DNA from: an uncultured bacterium
GTDB taxonomy: Bacteria > CSSED10-310 > CAZUFC01
Length of the DNA stretch: 29,976 nt
Assembly (NCBI GenBank): GCA_964619725.1
Contig: CAZUFC010000104.1
Location: 1-29,976, forward strand
Direction: 5' to 3'
A program made the translations under genes and the position numbers. Position 1 is the first letter of the stretch. Each line of letters begins with the position of its first letter. Below are positions 1 to 9,461 of this stretch, piece after piece. The notes below the pieces were generated by a model, which was given only the letters and a program-made list of their open reading frames with translations, was not told the DNA's origin and did no database searches.

Positions 1-161
1 TGCTGGACAGCCACTTGGGTTTTTGATCCATAAACGGGCGAATTTTTCTTAAGGCCAGGAAGGCAAAGATTTGCGAAGAAGGCGTATTTATTATATGTTG
101 ACTGAGCAAATCCGAAGCCTGACGCAGCACTGGGGGAAATTCGCCGTTTATGGACAAAAAC
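1..161. mobile_element. MITE-like composite repeat: end of a 55-bp element A (1-15) plus ~143-bp element B (19-161)
   Basis: B has terminal inverted repeats gtttttgatccataaacgggcgaattt / aaattcgccgtttatggacaaaaac. A closely similar copy lies at 24923-25082. Non-coding. Confidence 0.75.
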
Positions 162-240
162 AAGATAGCAAAAGAGTCTCTCAGAAAGGTTTCCGCCTTT
201 TTTTCAGATGGGCATTTCAGACCACAGGAGGAACGATGAC

Positions 241-960
241 ATGACGGAAAATACAATAGAAAAGTCCCCCCTCGCTTATGCGAGAACAGCCGGTATTCTT
301 TACCTCATCATCATCGTATTCGGCATTTTCAGTGAAGTATTCGCGCGGATGCGTCTTATTTCAACCGGAGATGCTGCTATTACGGCCGACAAGATCATGA
401 ACTCTCTCGTTCTGTTTCGGATCGGATTTTTCGCTGATACGATCATGTTCCTCAGCGATGTCGCCCTGGGTGTACTGCTCTTTGTTCTTCTAAGACCGGT
501 CAATCGGGTTCTGGCGCTTGCCGCTCTCGTTTTCCGTCTGACTCAAACCGCTGTTCTGGCTCTGAACCTGCTCAATTATTATGCCGCCGACCTGATTCTG
601 AACGGTGCAGGATACGCTTCAATGTACGCTCCCGATCAGTCCCATTCCCTGGCTTATTTTTTCCTCGATCTTCACAGCCACGGATATGACCTGGGATTGA
701 TTCTTTTCGGCTTTCATTGTCTTCTGCTCGGCAGATTGATTTTCAAATCGCAGTTTCTTCCAAAAGCATTGGGCATATTAATGACCGCGGCAGGATTAAC
801 TTACCTGATCGGCAGCTATACCCGGTTTCTTCTGCCCGAGTATCTGGAGTTTGTAGCTCCGATTTATGCCGTGGCTTTAATTGCCGAGTTATCCTTGTGC
901 CTGTGGTTGCTGGTGAAGGGCGTAAAAGTCGATTTATGGCGGATAGCGGATGCTGGATGA
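241..960 (+). CDS. DUF4386-family multi-pass membrane protein
   Basis: N-terminal ARTAGILYL, several hydrophobic helices, LPKALG and ELSLCLWLLVKGV motifs typical of DUF4386. AGGAGG upstream favours the ATG at 241 over 208. Confidence 0.75.
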   Translation: MTENTIEKSPLAYARTAGILYLIIIVFGIFSEVFARMRLISTGDAAITADKIMNSLVLFRIGFFADTIMFLSDVALGVLLFVLLRPVNRVLALAALVFRLTQTAVLALNLLNYYAADLILNGAGYASMYAPDQSHSLAYFFLDLHSHGYDLGLILFGFHCLLLGRLIFKSQFLPKALGILMTAAGLTYLIGSYTRFLLPEYLEFVAPIYAVALIAELSLCLWLLVKGVKVDLWRIADAG

Positions 961-1049
961 CAGACTCGGGATGGCGGATGCGCGGCGTCGGATGCGATGT
1001 GCCTTCTCCGCTGAGTCCGCCATGTCCGCTAAGTCCGCTATTCTTAAGG

Positions 1050-1508
1050 TCAACCGAACGGTTCGCCTTCTGACGCTAAAATGGTCAAAGGCGCTGCAGC
1101 GCCTCCTGCGTCGAGATATGAGAATACATCCACCACGTCAGGACCTCTCAGCGGCAGGTTTTTGATTTCGTGTAGAGTAAACCAGTCGGCTTCCAGGGAC
1201 TCTTCGTCCGGCGTCGACTTCGGCAGCGTATCGTCTGCAGGTTCCGCAGAAACGATGAGCCTGACCCTTGTGCCGTCAATGGAAGGAGTATGTTCAATTC
1301 TTACGATGCCGTTCACTTTAACGGGGATGCCTGCTTCCTCCATCGTTTCACGTTCGGCGGCGGTGATAAAATCCTCACCAGGCTTAACCCGACCTGCCGG
1401 AAAATACCAGAACTGCCCATGCCTGCTTTCATGCACAAGCAGATAACGATCTCCTTTTCTCACTGCTGCAAGAACGAAAAACCAGGTCGGTATCGGTTCT
1501 CTGCTCAC
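1050..1508 (-). CDS. NUDIX hydrolase
   Basis: Nudix box PAGRVKPGEDFITAAERETMEEAGI (GX5EX7REUXEEXGU). Confidence 0.9.
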   Translation of the reverse strand: MSREPIPTWFFVLAAVRKGDRYLLVHESRHGQFWYFPAGRVKPGEDFITAAERETMEEAGIPVKVNGIVRIEHTPSIDGTRVRLIVSAEPADDTLPKSTPDEESLEADWFTLHEIKNLPLRGPDVVDVFSYLDAGGAAAPLTILASEGEPFG

Positions 1509-1541
1509 AATTTCTCCTTTAAATAAGGTTGCCTGCTGCTC

Positions 1542-4500
1542 TCATTCCTCCGAAAAACCGAATTCCCATGAACCGAACTGACCGATCAGTTCGGTAAACT
1601 CGTTGTCGGTAAGTCCAGCGTAGAAATAGAGACCTTCCGCCTGTCCGCAACGATCGGGCCAGGGAAAGGTATCCAGGATGATTTTTTCGGTTATTCCCGC
1701 GGGAATGTCTTCCGTGTAGCAATCAAAGCCCTCCGAGGAATTTATCCAGGAAGGGGCGAACCATATTTCGCCGTAGACTTCCAGGAGAACGATGAGGGGT
1801 ATGCTCTGCATATATTCATCACAGTTACAGATCACGGCGCTGAGTGAACAGTTCATACCTGGAGTGAAGTGATGGGCGGGCATTTCAAGAGAGACTGTCG
1901 TTATGTCGCAGGGCAATTCCGTAGGCGTTACGGTCGGCGCTGGTGTCGGGATGATGGTCGGAGTTGAAGTCGGAACGGGAGCCGTGTTTTCATCGGCTCC
2001 GGCATCGCAGGAATCGAGTCTCTGATCGCCCTCGAAATCTAAAGGCGCTTCAGGCAAAAGCGCCGCTATATTCTGGCAGGCAGACCAGTCATGAATGTGC
2101 AGGTCTTCATCGCCATAAAAAGCCGGATCGCCGGACGTCACGGTCGTATCATCAGGACTGAAGCCGATGCAGGCGCCGTCGATGCCGTTCAGAAAATTAT
2201 GGTCCTCGGTCAATACGGCTTCTCCCGCAACTTCAACCGCAACATCATTCTTCGAGCCCTGTTTCACATTATAAAAACAGTTGTTCCTGGCCGTTATCGA
2301 CGTATTTTCCCCGGAGACGTATAAACACCACGAGTCAACGCCGCCGTCGTCGCCTTTAAGGTAAATGCTGTTGTGAAATAAATCGCTTCCGGATGCGCCC
2401 TCAGCAAAAATGACGTATGTGCCGGCTTTGACTCCTGCGCCTGCCGTGTTGTTGATATCATAAAACAGGTTGTTCACGATAAGGGAATCGCTGTCTGCAG
2501 GCAAACTCAGGACTTCAAGCCGGCTCTTCCCCGGAAAATAATGGATATTATGAAACCTGTTGTTTTTCACGACAGCGTTTCTGCCTTCGAGTTTCAACGC
2601 GGTCATAGTAATCATCGTATCGTTTCCGTCGCCGCCGAAATCGTTGTTCAGTATCTGCATGGAGTCGGACTGGTCGCCGGCGTGCACTCCCGTATAGGCA
2701 TCGCCGATAACGTTGCTTTCAAGAAGGGTCCCGCTGCCGTTGTCCTTAAGTGCATTGGACCATTGAATCTGCGAGGAATAACCGAGCAGCCGGCAGTTTT
2801 TGAAAGCGTTGTTTTCCGTAAGCCAGGAATGAAGCAATAATACGGTATATGACTGTTCTCCCGGTTCTTCAATGAGACTGAGACTCAATTTGCCGGCATC
2901 AACCCCGTTATGACCGTCAAAGACAATATAGTCGCATCCTTTCAATATCAAACCGGCGTGATAAGTGGGATGAATATTGAATTCCAGGAGCGCTTCAGAG
3001 CCTTCCGCCGGTTTTATCGTAACGGTATCGGTTTCGTTCGTCCCTTCGATGTGTTCGATAACCATCGATCCCTCCTGGTAAACTCCGTCGTTTAATTCCA
3101 GAACCACGGGACCGGTCGCTCCAGCTGTATGCAGATAATCCACGGCGGCTCCGAGGGATTCGAAATCGCCCGTTACGGGGTCTATCGTATAGGTTCCTGA
3201 CAGAGGCGGAGCGGGAGTCATTTCTATGATTAACGCTGCTACTCCGCCCTCGGTCACCGTGATGTCGGAGAAAAGGCCGGGAAAATATCCGTCCGCGTGA
3301 GCGGATACCGTATAAACGTCTGCCCTGATATCATCGAAGGCGACTTCGCCCGATCCGTCGCCTGTGGCAGCATAACTGTTCGGTTCGCCGTTGAGCTTAA
3401 CCGTCGGACAGGCTACGGGGTCTTGAGTTTCCGAATCGACGACCTGTATGAGTGCGCTTCCTCGCGGGATGCCGCCGTCTTCCTCAAAAAAATGGGTGGT
3501 ATTGACCGGCAGGTTCGTATAAGCATCGGTCAATCCGCTGGGCCAGGTTATGGTCAAGGTATCGATAATCAGAGCTGACCCGAGTCCGAAATGTACAAAA
3601 GGAGAATTCTGGGATGAACATGTGCCCATACCGGCTTCCACCTGGCGCGCCTGATGGAGTCCGGCCGTCTCTATGTCCACTCTGGCGCCGACAGCCGCTT
3701 TATTCGAATCTTTGCCCGTCAACAGGATTTTCACCCACGCGCCGTCAGAAGCATCATTACGGCATAATTTCAAACCGTCCGTGCTGCTGACGATCAGGTC
3801 CAGGTCACCGTCCTCGTCATAATCGGCCCAGGCAGCGCCCCAACTGTTCTTGGCGACTATGCCCCATTCATCCGTTATGTCCTGAAATACGGCGTTGCCC
3901 AGGTTTTCATACAGATGAGCCTTCGGAAAATTGTATACGCATGTGATGACTACGTCCAGGTCGCCGTCATGATCAAAGTCTGCGAAAGCCGGCGATGAGT
4001 GGGTCTCCTTGTAGGTTATCCCTGAACTTTCCGGCAGCCAGTCCATAAAATCGTAATCGGGCGCTCCGTTATTCAGGTACACTTTGGTGATGTCGGAGAA
4101 TTCCAGGTAATGTCCGCCATGCGCCAGGTTGGCGGTTACCAGGTCAAAATCCCCGTCGTTGTTTATATCGCCCCAGGCCGACCCGATGGTGTGACCGTAA
4201 TAAGGTCCGTTACCCTGGTAATACTCCTCATCCCCCTGTATGCCCAGTTCCTGAGACCTTTCGATGAAAGTCCCGTCTCCCTGGTTGTCCCACAGAAAAT
4301 TGGGATGCAGACGATAATTGGAAATGTAAACGTCCTGGTCGCCGTCTTCATCGTAATCGCACCAGGCGACGCTTCGTCCGTAACAGGCCGGCATGCCGCC
4401 CAGGCCGCACTCCTGCGTCATATCCTCAAACGTCCCGTCACCCCTGTTCTCATAAAAAACATCTGCCTGATAAGTCCCGCCGGCGCCTGACCATACCTCG

Positions 4501-4982
4501 GCCGCCGGCACATACAAATCTATCAGTCCGTCATTGTTGTAATCTCCCCAACCGGCTGCTGCCGTCACCCAGAAATCCGTGTAAACGTCCGTCCAGTCGA
4601 ATGTACCGTCTCCCTGATTGATGATCAGATAATCAGGCGCCCAGGTCGGACCGCTTCCCGCAGCAAAAATATCAGGAAATCCGTCGTTATTGAAATCTCC
4701 CCATACTCCAGAATAAGTCCCGCCAGGCAAATCCGATAATCCCGACGCCTCCGTCACGTCGATGAATCCGCCCGCTCCGTCGTTTTTGTAAAGTTTAACT
4801 CCCCCATTAACCAGCAAATCAACATGCCCGTCGTTGTCATAGTCGCCCCAGGCAACGCAACTGCCGCCGCCCAAAGGAACCTCGCCGCTCATGTCCGTGA
4901 ACAACTGCCCCGAAACGCCCGGATTGAATCCCCATAATAAAATGAAACATATTAATAATGATCCGATCATTTTCCCTTTCAT
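1542..4982 (-). CDS. Secreted CRTAC1/ASPIC-UnbV FG-GAP protein with carboxypeptidase-regulatory-like domain, beta-helix region, PT linker and conserved C-terminal domain
   Basis: Signal peptide; repeated AWGDY[DN]NDG Ca-binding motifs; ASPIC/UnbV segment (NKAAVGARV...HFGLG...ITWPSG); YTVSAHADGY; Asn-ladder beta-helix; GAGGAGG RBS. Confidence 0.8.
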   Translation of the reverse strand: MKGKMIGSLLICFILLWGFNPGVSGQLFTDMSGEVPLGGGSCVAWGDYDNDGHVDLLVNGGVKLYKNDGAGGFIDVTEASGLSDLPGGTYSGVWGDFNNDGFPDIFAAGSGPTWAPDYLIINQGDGTFDWTDVYTDFWVTAAAGWGDYNNDGLIDLYVPAAEVWSGAGGTYQADVFYENRGDGTFEDMTQECGLGGMPACYGRSVAWCDYDEDGDQDVYISNYRLHPNFLWDNQGDGTFIERSQELGIQGDEEYYQGNGPYYGHTIGSAWGDINNDGDFDLVTANLAHGGHYLEFSDITKVYLNNGAPDYDFMDWLPESSGITYKETHSSPAFADFDHDGDLDVVITCVYNFPKAHLYENLGNAVFQDITDEWGIVAKNSWGAAWADYDEDGDLDLIVSSTDGLKLCRNDASDGAWVKILLTGKDSNKAAVGARVDIETAGLHQARQVEAGMGTCSSQNSPFVHFGLGSALIIDTLTITWPSGLTDAYTNLPVNTTHFFEEDGGIPRGSALIQVVDSETQDPVACPTVKLNGEPNSYAATGDGSGEVAFDDIRADVYTVSAHADGYFPGLFSDITVTEGGVAALIIEMTPAPPLSGTYTIDPVTGDFESLGAAVDYLHTAGATGPVVLELNDGVYQEGSMVIEHIEGTNETDTVTIKPAEGSEALLEFNIHPTYHAGLILKGCDYIVFDGHNGVDAGKLSLSLIEEPGEQSYTVLLLHSWLTENNAFKNCRLLGYSSQIQWSNALKDNGSGTLLESNVIGDAYTGVHAGDQSDSMQILNNDFGGDGNDTMITMTALKLEGRNAVVKNNRFHNIHYFPGKSRLEVLSLPADSDSLIVNNLFYDINNTAGAGVKAGTYVIFAEGASGSDLFHNSIYLKGDDGGVDSWCLYVSGENTSITARNNCFYNVKQGSKNDVAVEVAGEAVLTEDHNFLNGIDGACIGFSPDDTTVTSGDPAFYGDEDLHIHDWSACQNIAALLPEAPLDFEGDQRLDSCDAGADENTAPVPTSTPTIIPTPAPTVTPTELPCDITTVSLEMPAHHFTPGMNCSLSAVICNCDEYMQSIPLIVLLEVYGEIWFAPSWINSSEGFDCYTEDIPAGITEKIILDTFPWPDRCGQAEGLYFYAGLTDNEFTELIGQFGSWEFGFSEE

Positions 4983-5353
4983 GCCGTCCTCCTCAAGTAA
5001 TAGTCCGAAACCTATTATCTCTCGTTAATTTACCACTTCCGGCATTTAACGGTCAACACGCTCTTGTGCCGTTCATTCGGCGATAAAAATCGTGTTTCGC
5101 AGGTACAATTTTCGCAACCTTGATTAATTGAGACGCTTTTAAAATTTGTTAAGGACAAAGCATATTTCACTGTAATTATTTTGTTTCGATACCGATAACA
5201 ATACCGCCCCCAATTGCTGAAACAAACCGTCGAGAATTTTAAAACAAGCGTAATCATCAGTTTGTTGAGTTCCAAAATCAATAACGGCAGTCAGATAAAT
5301 AATAATCCTAAGCCGCGCCTCGTAAGCCTGGGGAGCAGCAAAAGCTGAAAGGA

Positions 5354-5376
5354 ACGCGGCAGGATGCCGCGTCTAC
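5354..5376 (-). repeat. GTAG-type REP-like palindrome
   Basis: Minus strand reads GTAG-ACGCGGCA-TCC-TGCCGCGT: a GTAG tetranucleotide followed by a perfect 8-bp stem. Confidence 0.6.
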
Positions 5377-5450
5377 TTTTCGAAAAAAATTGACGCTGAT
5401 CAGAAACGGCCATGTCAGGTTTACAATTTCTCAGTTTGATTCCTCCGTGT

Positions 5451-5583
5451 TCGTGCTCAGTGCAGCGGTAATCGTAATCGAACCATAGGTATGATCTGTA
5501 CAGCCGTTTGAAAGCAAAGTTGGGCAATCATTTGAATCGATCGATTACGATTACGAGCACGAGCGCCGCTCCGCTGAGCACGA
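5451..5583. repeat. Inverted-repeat element built of GATTAC/GAGCAC hexamers
   Basis: tcgtgctcagtgcagcggtaatcgtaatcga (5451-5481) is the imperfect reverse complement of tcgattacgattac...cgctccgctgagcacga (5541-5583). Confidence 0.65.
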
Positions 5584-5770
5584 TAGTTCTTGTTGATTAT
5601 CGAGATTACAATTTGCAACGGCTATTTGATCAGTCCCCGATTTTTTGAGACAAATGTGACCTGTGTTTGATCAGTCCCAAAACTACTTTCCCATCGTGAG
5701 AAGCGCCAAAATATACGCCGCGCGGCGCTTTCTATTTGCTGCTTTGACCTGGTCGGACCCGCTTTTTCCG

Positions 5771-7942
5771 TCAATAGGTATAACTGTAATATGCAGCGCC
5801 GTTCGGTCCGATGGAGCCTGATTCGGCCCGCACGAGCGAGCCTTCGACGCGAACCTGCAGGAGGTATGAGGCGCTGTCGTAATCGCCGCATGAGGCGTAC
5901 CATTTCACGTAATACTCGTAGGTTCCCCTGGGGGCTGTGCCTGCTTCCCAGAAGATGTTTTCGGGTCCTCCGCCGCTGCCTTCGCCGCAAGCGCCGCGAT
6001 CGTCGAAGTCCAGGCGACCGCCGTCGGGAGATGTTTTAACGCCGTAGTAGATATGATATCCGTTGGGTGAGACGACGTGCAGGTCCAGGTCGGGACCTTC
6101 GCCGCTGTTGTAATAGTCCCAGTTGAGCTGGAAGGATATGTTGCCTGAACCCAGGGCGCAAACGGGGAGGACAGCCACGTCGCCCAGGACTTCGAAAGTT
6201 CCCGGAGTAGTCATTACGCCCCAGAAGAACAAGTCGCCGAAGGAGCTTGTTCCTCCCGGCCATCCGAAGCGCATGAAAGATTCGCTGCGACCGCCGCTGC
6301 CGGGGACGGTCATATTTTGAAAATCGAGGTCCTGTCCCCATGATGGCCAGAAGAAGAAATTTCCTTCGACTTCCAGTGCGATGTAAAGGTCCAGTGCGAT
6401 CGATGTCGTTGAAGGGTTCTGTATATAGTAGCGGCCGTCGAACAGGTCGTCCGGGGCGAAACAATCCAGAGGATCATGATTATAGTAATAAAGCGAGAGT
6501 TGCGGGTCCTCCGCAATGGCGCCGGGACCTCCGTAATACAGGTAATAACCCCATACGTTGTCGGAAGCGCTGCCGAGACGGGTGGTGTAAAGTTGGTCAT
6601 GCGTCTGAATTTCGTCCATGCCTCTTGCATCATGGTACGCATCTGACGTCCAGTAATGCATGTGTTTGACGAAGGCTGCCTGGGCATACTGCATTCCAGC
6701 GAATTTGCCGCTGCCCATGTCTGTGGTCGAAGGATGATCGACTCCGTTGTCGACGACTTCTCCACCCATGTTGACTACGATGGATTCGAGTTTCAAACCG
6801 TTATGGTCGAATAATGTAGTCGGGTAATAGCCTATCCAGATCGATCCGCCGTAACGGAGCCACCAGTGACCGCTGGGAGGATCGCGGTAAGCTTCCAGCG
6901 TAACGTGATACTGCGTTCCGTTTACCTGGCTGTAGTTATTCCAGTATCCGCCTATGACCACATCAGGATCAGTCTGAATGAATCCCTCGCAGTCCAGGTT
7001 ATAACAGCCGAAACCATCGCCATGCTGAGCGTAATTACACGTCGTGTAATAGATGAACAGGCGAGCTTTGTCATTGCCGTATTTACCTTCATATACCTGC
7101 CATCCTAATTCAACAGTCTGTGTGTCCGCGCCGGCTCCGTTCACTTCCCATAACTGGCATAAAGAAAATTCGTCGTCGTCTTCCACTTCAGGACTCCAAA
7201 GATTGAAATCTCCTCCCTGTCCGATATTGGATGTAATCAATCGCGCCGCTGCATATTTATGCACAACTGCAGGCGGAGCGGGCAATCCGCGACCGCCGGA
7301 AACAACGACTGAATCTTTTCGTTTTCCATGGGCTTCTGCAGCAGAAGAAACCGATCCAGATGCGATAAATTCCACCTTGCTCTCGCCGTCCCCGGGATAC
7401 TTGCTCCAGAAACTCTCCAGGTCCCTGAACCGAAAAAGGGCTTCCTCCGACGGTATCAAACGCGGAAATGACTTGTCGGGACACCGGCGAATATTGCCGT
7501 TGGGATCAAGCGAACCGTCCAGCATAGGTCCGACATGCTCTGAAGCAGGCATTGTCGATTCCTTGCCGGGCGGTTCAATCGGTTCCGGACGCGGAGCAGG
7601 CGGCATCAAAGGTTGAAACGTCAATTCATCCGGCGATATGCCTGCCGCCGCCAGCGATCCCTGAGTATATACATCGACGCAAACGCATTCTGAACCGTCG
7701 CTCATGAGAAATTCATGAACAATAACGCCGTCTTCGCGAAATTCAGCCAGGTATTCCTTCATACGTATGAATTCTTCCAGGGATTTCACCGCGAAATCCT
7801 CGTAACGTTCGCCCGCTTCTATGTATTCCTTCTCATACTGTACTAATTGATCGGACGAATACGTGGAAGCCGTTGAAGCGCCGATACCGTAAAAAACCTG
7901 TAATGTTAAAAAAATACAGATTAACCACCGAATTGTTTTCAT
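5771..7942 (-). CDS. Secreted neprosin-family (G3 glutamic) prolyl endopeptidase with pro-domain, shared ~115-aa domain and YfaP/DUF2135-like C-terminus
   Basis: Pro-domain-like DGSECVCVDVYTQ and CPDKSFP; catalytic-domain motifs FSLCQLW, TVELGWQV, RLFIYYT, GCYNLDCEGFIQ, WWL...IGYYP, GGEV, TDMGSG; C-terminal LNW...DLDLHVVSPNG...GGRLDFDD...GPENI. A GGGAGG RBS favours the start at 7942. Confidence 0.85.
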   Translation of the reverse strand: MKTIRWLICIFLTLQVFYGIGASTASTYSSDQLVQYEKEYIEAGERYEDFAVKSLEEFIRMKEYLAEFREDGVIVHEFLMSDGSECVCVDVYTQGSLAAAGISPDELTFQPLMPPAPRPEPIEPPGKESTMPASEHVGPMLDGSLDPNGNIRRCPDKSFPRLIPSEEALFRFRDLESFWSKYPGDGESKVEFIASGSVSSAAEAHGKRKDSVVVSGGRGLPAPPAVVHKYAAARLITSNIGQGGDFNLWSPEVEDDDEFSLCQLWEVNGAGADTQTVELGWQVYEGKYGNDKARLFIYYTTCNYAQHGDGFGCYNLDCEGFIQTDPDVVIGGYWNNYSQVNGTQYHVTLEAYRDPPSGHWWLRYGGSIWIGYYPTTLFDHNGLKLESIVVNMGGEVVDNGVDHPSTTDMGSGKFAGMQYAQAAFVKHMHYWTSDAYHDARGMDEIQTHDQLYTTRLGSASDNVWGYYLYYGGPGAIAEDPQLSLYYYNHDPLDCFAPDDLFDGRYYIQNPSTTSIALDLYIALEVEGNFFFWPSWGQDLDFQNMTVPGSGGRSESFMRFGWPGGTSSFGDLFFWGVMTTPGTFEVLGDVAVLPVCALGSGNISFQLNWDYYNSGEGPDLDLHVVSPNGYHIYYGVKTSPDGGRLDFDDRGACGEGSGGGPENIFWEAGTAPRGTYEYYVKWYASCGDYDSASYLLQVRVEGSLVRAESGSIGPNGAAYYSYTY

Positions 7943-8177
7943 GCTTGTTCCTCCCTGCGGAAGTTCCTCCATTTTTAAGATTACATGTTGGAAAGGTAAA
8001 AGGCAATTTTGCGTAGAAAATTTAAACTGTCATCAGATACTGGAAACCCGCATTTATCTGCTTACAAAACGCTGGCCATTGACGGATAAGCATTTATTTT
8101 AGACTTCGCATTCCTCCCAGATTATTGTTGAAATGAAGCAGTAATGTAAGGCAACCATCAAAAAAGGAGGCGTCAGA

Positions 8178-8591
8178 ATGGATTTTGATCGGGAATCGAG
8201 AACATTCAGCGGCCCTGGGGGAATGTTTAAAATCCTGGAAGGCGACGAGGCAAGCTACAAACTGGCTATGCTCATTACCGGCGAATGTGAGAGCATCGGA
8301 CCCTCGAAAGCCGCTGAATTGTTCGGATTCAGCAGGCAGCGATATTTTCAGTTACGTTCCGATTACATGGAAAAAGGCGTTGAGGGACTCTTAAATAAGA
8401 AACGAGGTCCCAAGAGTTATGACAGAAGAACTGACGAAGCGATCGTTCAAATCGTTCGGCAGAGTTTCCGGAATCCTGATGCTTCCACAGAAGCCATCGC
8501 TAAAAAGTTGCAGCAAAGCGGTTACAGGATAAGTAAAATGAGCGTAGCCCGCGTTATAGCCGACTATGGTCTGCACAAAAAACAGCTATGA
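8178..8591 (+). CDS. HTH protein of transposase-associated type (no catalytic partner seen)
   Basis: KAAELFGFSRQRYFQLR...GVEGLLNKKRGPK and a second HTH (AIAKKLQQSGYRISKMSVARVI) resemble the N-terminal DNA-binding part of IS transposases. AAGGAGG RBS. Confidence 0.6.
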   Translation: MDFDRESRTFSGPGGMFKILEGDEASYKLAMLITGECESIGPSKAAELFGFSRQRYFQLRSDYMEKGVEGLLNKKRGPKSYDRRTDEAIVQIVRQSFRNPDASTEAIAKKLQQSGYRISKMSVARVIADYGLHKKQL

Positions 8592-8629
8592 TCAAAAAAT
8601 CTTCCATTCCTCAATCATTCCACTCTTCC

Positions 8630-9055
8630 TCCTCCATCACGCCCAAAACCTGGAGATACTTCGGAAGCAGTTGGGAAACCCATTTCAAGCTGGGACGTTA
8701 CACGTTCGAGCCGGAAGGCGAAAACCACTGCCAGGCATACTTATCAATAAAGTTCGACGGGCCTTCTTACGGCGGCGGCAGTCCCCAGGACCTGTTAACG
8801 GTCGACAGAATTTTCGTCGTTCGTGAATTCACTCCCACACCTGCCGCAACGACGCCCCCTACGCCGGCGCCGAAAATTCCTCCGGGTCCTGTCACAACCC
8901 CCACCGCTGCCTGCCACGCCGTTGAAATCCTCATCCCCGCAACTTTAACGCATCCCCGTGAAGTGTTCTGGGTTAAGGCCCGAATCTATAATCCATATTC
9001 TGCAAGAAGCAATGTACCGCTCTGCGTGTTGCTCAATATGCCTGTTCGATACTGA
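8630..9055 (+). pseudogene. Fragment of a secreted PT-linker protein with truncated conserved C-terminal domain
   Basis: No signal peptide. A PT linker is followed by CHAVEILIP...FWVKARIYNP...NVPLCVLL, which matches the first third of the domain ending the 1542-4982 protein, then a premature stop. Confidence 0.5.
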
Positions 9056-9160
9056 ACTTCTGAATTACGAGATATCTCCGGTTGCCGCCGTACCGACTCA
9101 TTCGATCAAGTTTGACGGGATTCTCTGAGAGTAGCACTGATCAAAAAGAAATATAGAAGC

Positions 9161-9197
9161 TTGACGTCGTGATACGGAAACATTACCATGTATCACG
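9161..9197 (+). promoter_or_regulatory. Sigma70 promoter with overlapping operator palindrome for the vapBC pair
   Basis: TTGACG(9161)-N17-TACCAT(9184); inverted repeat CGTGATAC(9168-9175) / GTATCACG(9190-9197); GGAGG RBS follows. Confidence 0.75.
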
Positions 9198-9206
9198 GAG
9201 GACGAT

Positions 9207-9461
9207 ATGATATCGCTCAGATTAACTCGAAAACTTGAAAGACGAATATCGGAAGCTGCGGAAGCAGAGGGAATTTCAAGGTCTGAATTGGTCAGGAAAA
9301 GCATTAGGGAATATTTATCGAAGCGTGACAAGCAAATGGCGTGGGAGCTTGGAAAGGACCTTTTCGGAAGGTACGACCTTGAAAATACGGACCTTTCACG
9401 CGACAGGAAACGCATTATCCGGCAAAGAATAAAGAAAAAAACGAACAGGCATTCCAGATGA
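9207..9461 (+). CDS. vapB: Ribbon-helix-helix (CopG-type) antitoxin
   Basis: MISLRL...AEAEGISRSELVRKSIREYL RHH signature; ATGA overlap with the PIN gene. Confidence 0.8.
   Translation: MISLRLTRKLERRISEAAEAEGISRSELVRKSIREYLSKRDKQMAWELGKDLFGRYDLENTDLSRDRKRIIRQRIKKKTNRHSR

Noticed and set aside
5030-5527. Short ORFs 5030-5281 and 5291-5527
   Set aside because: No convincing RBS or motifs; the DYDY/EHEH peptide is a by-product of the hexamer repeat.
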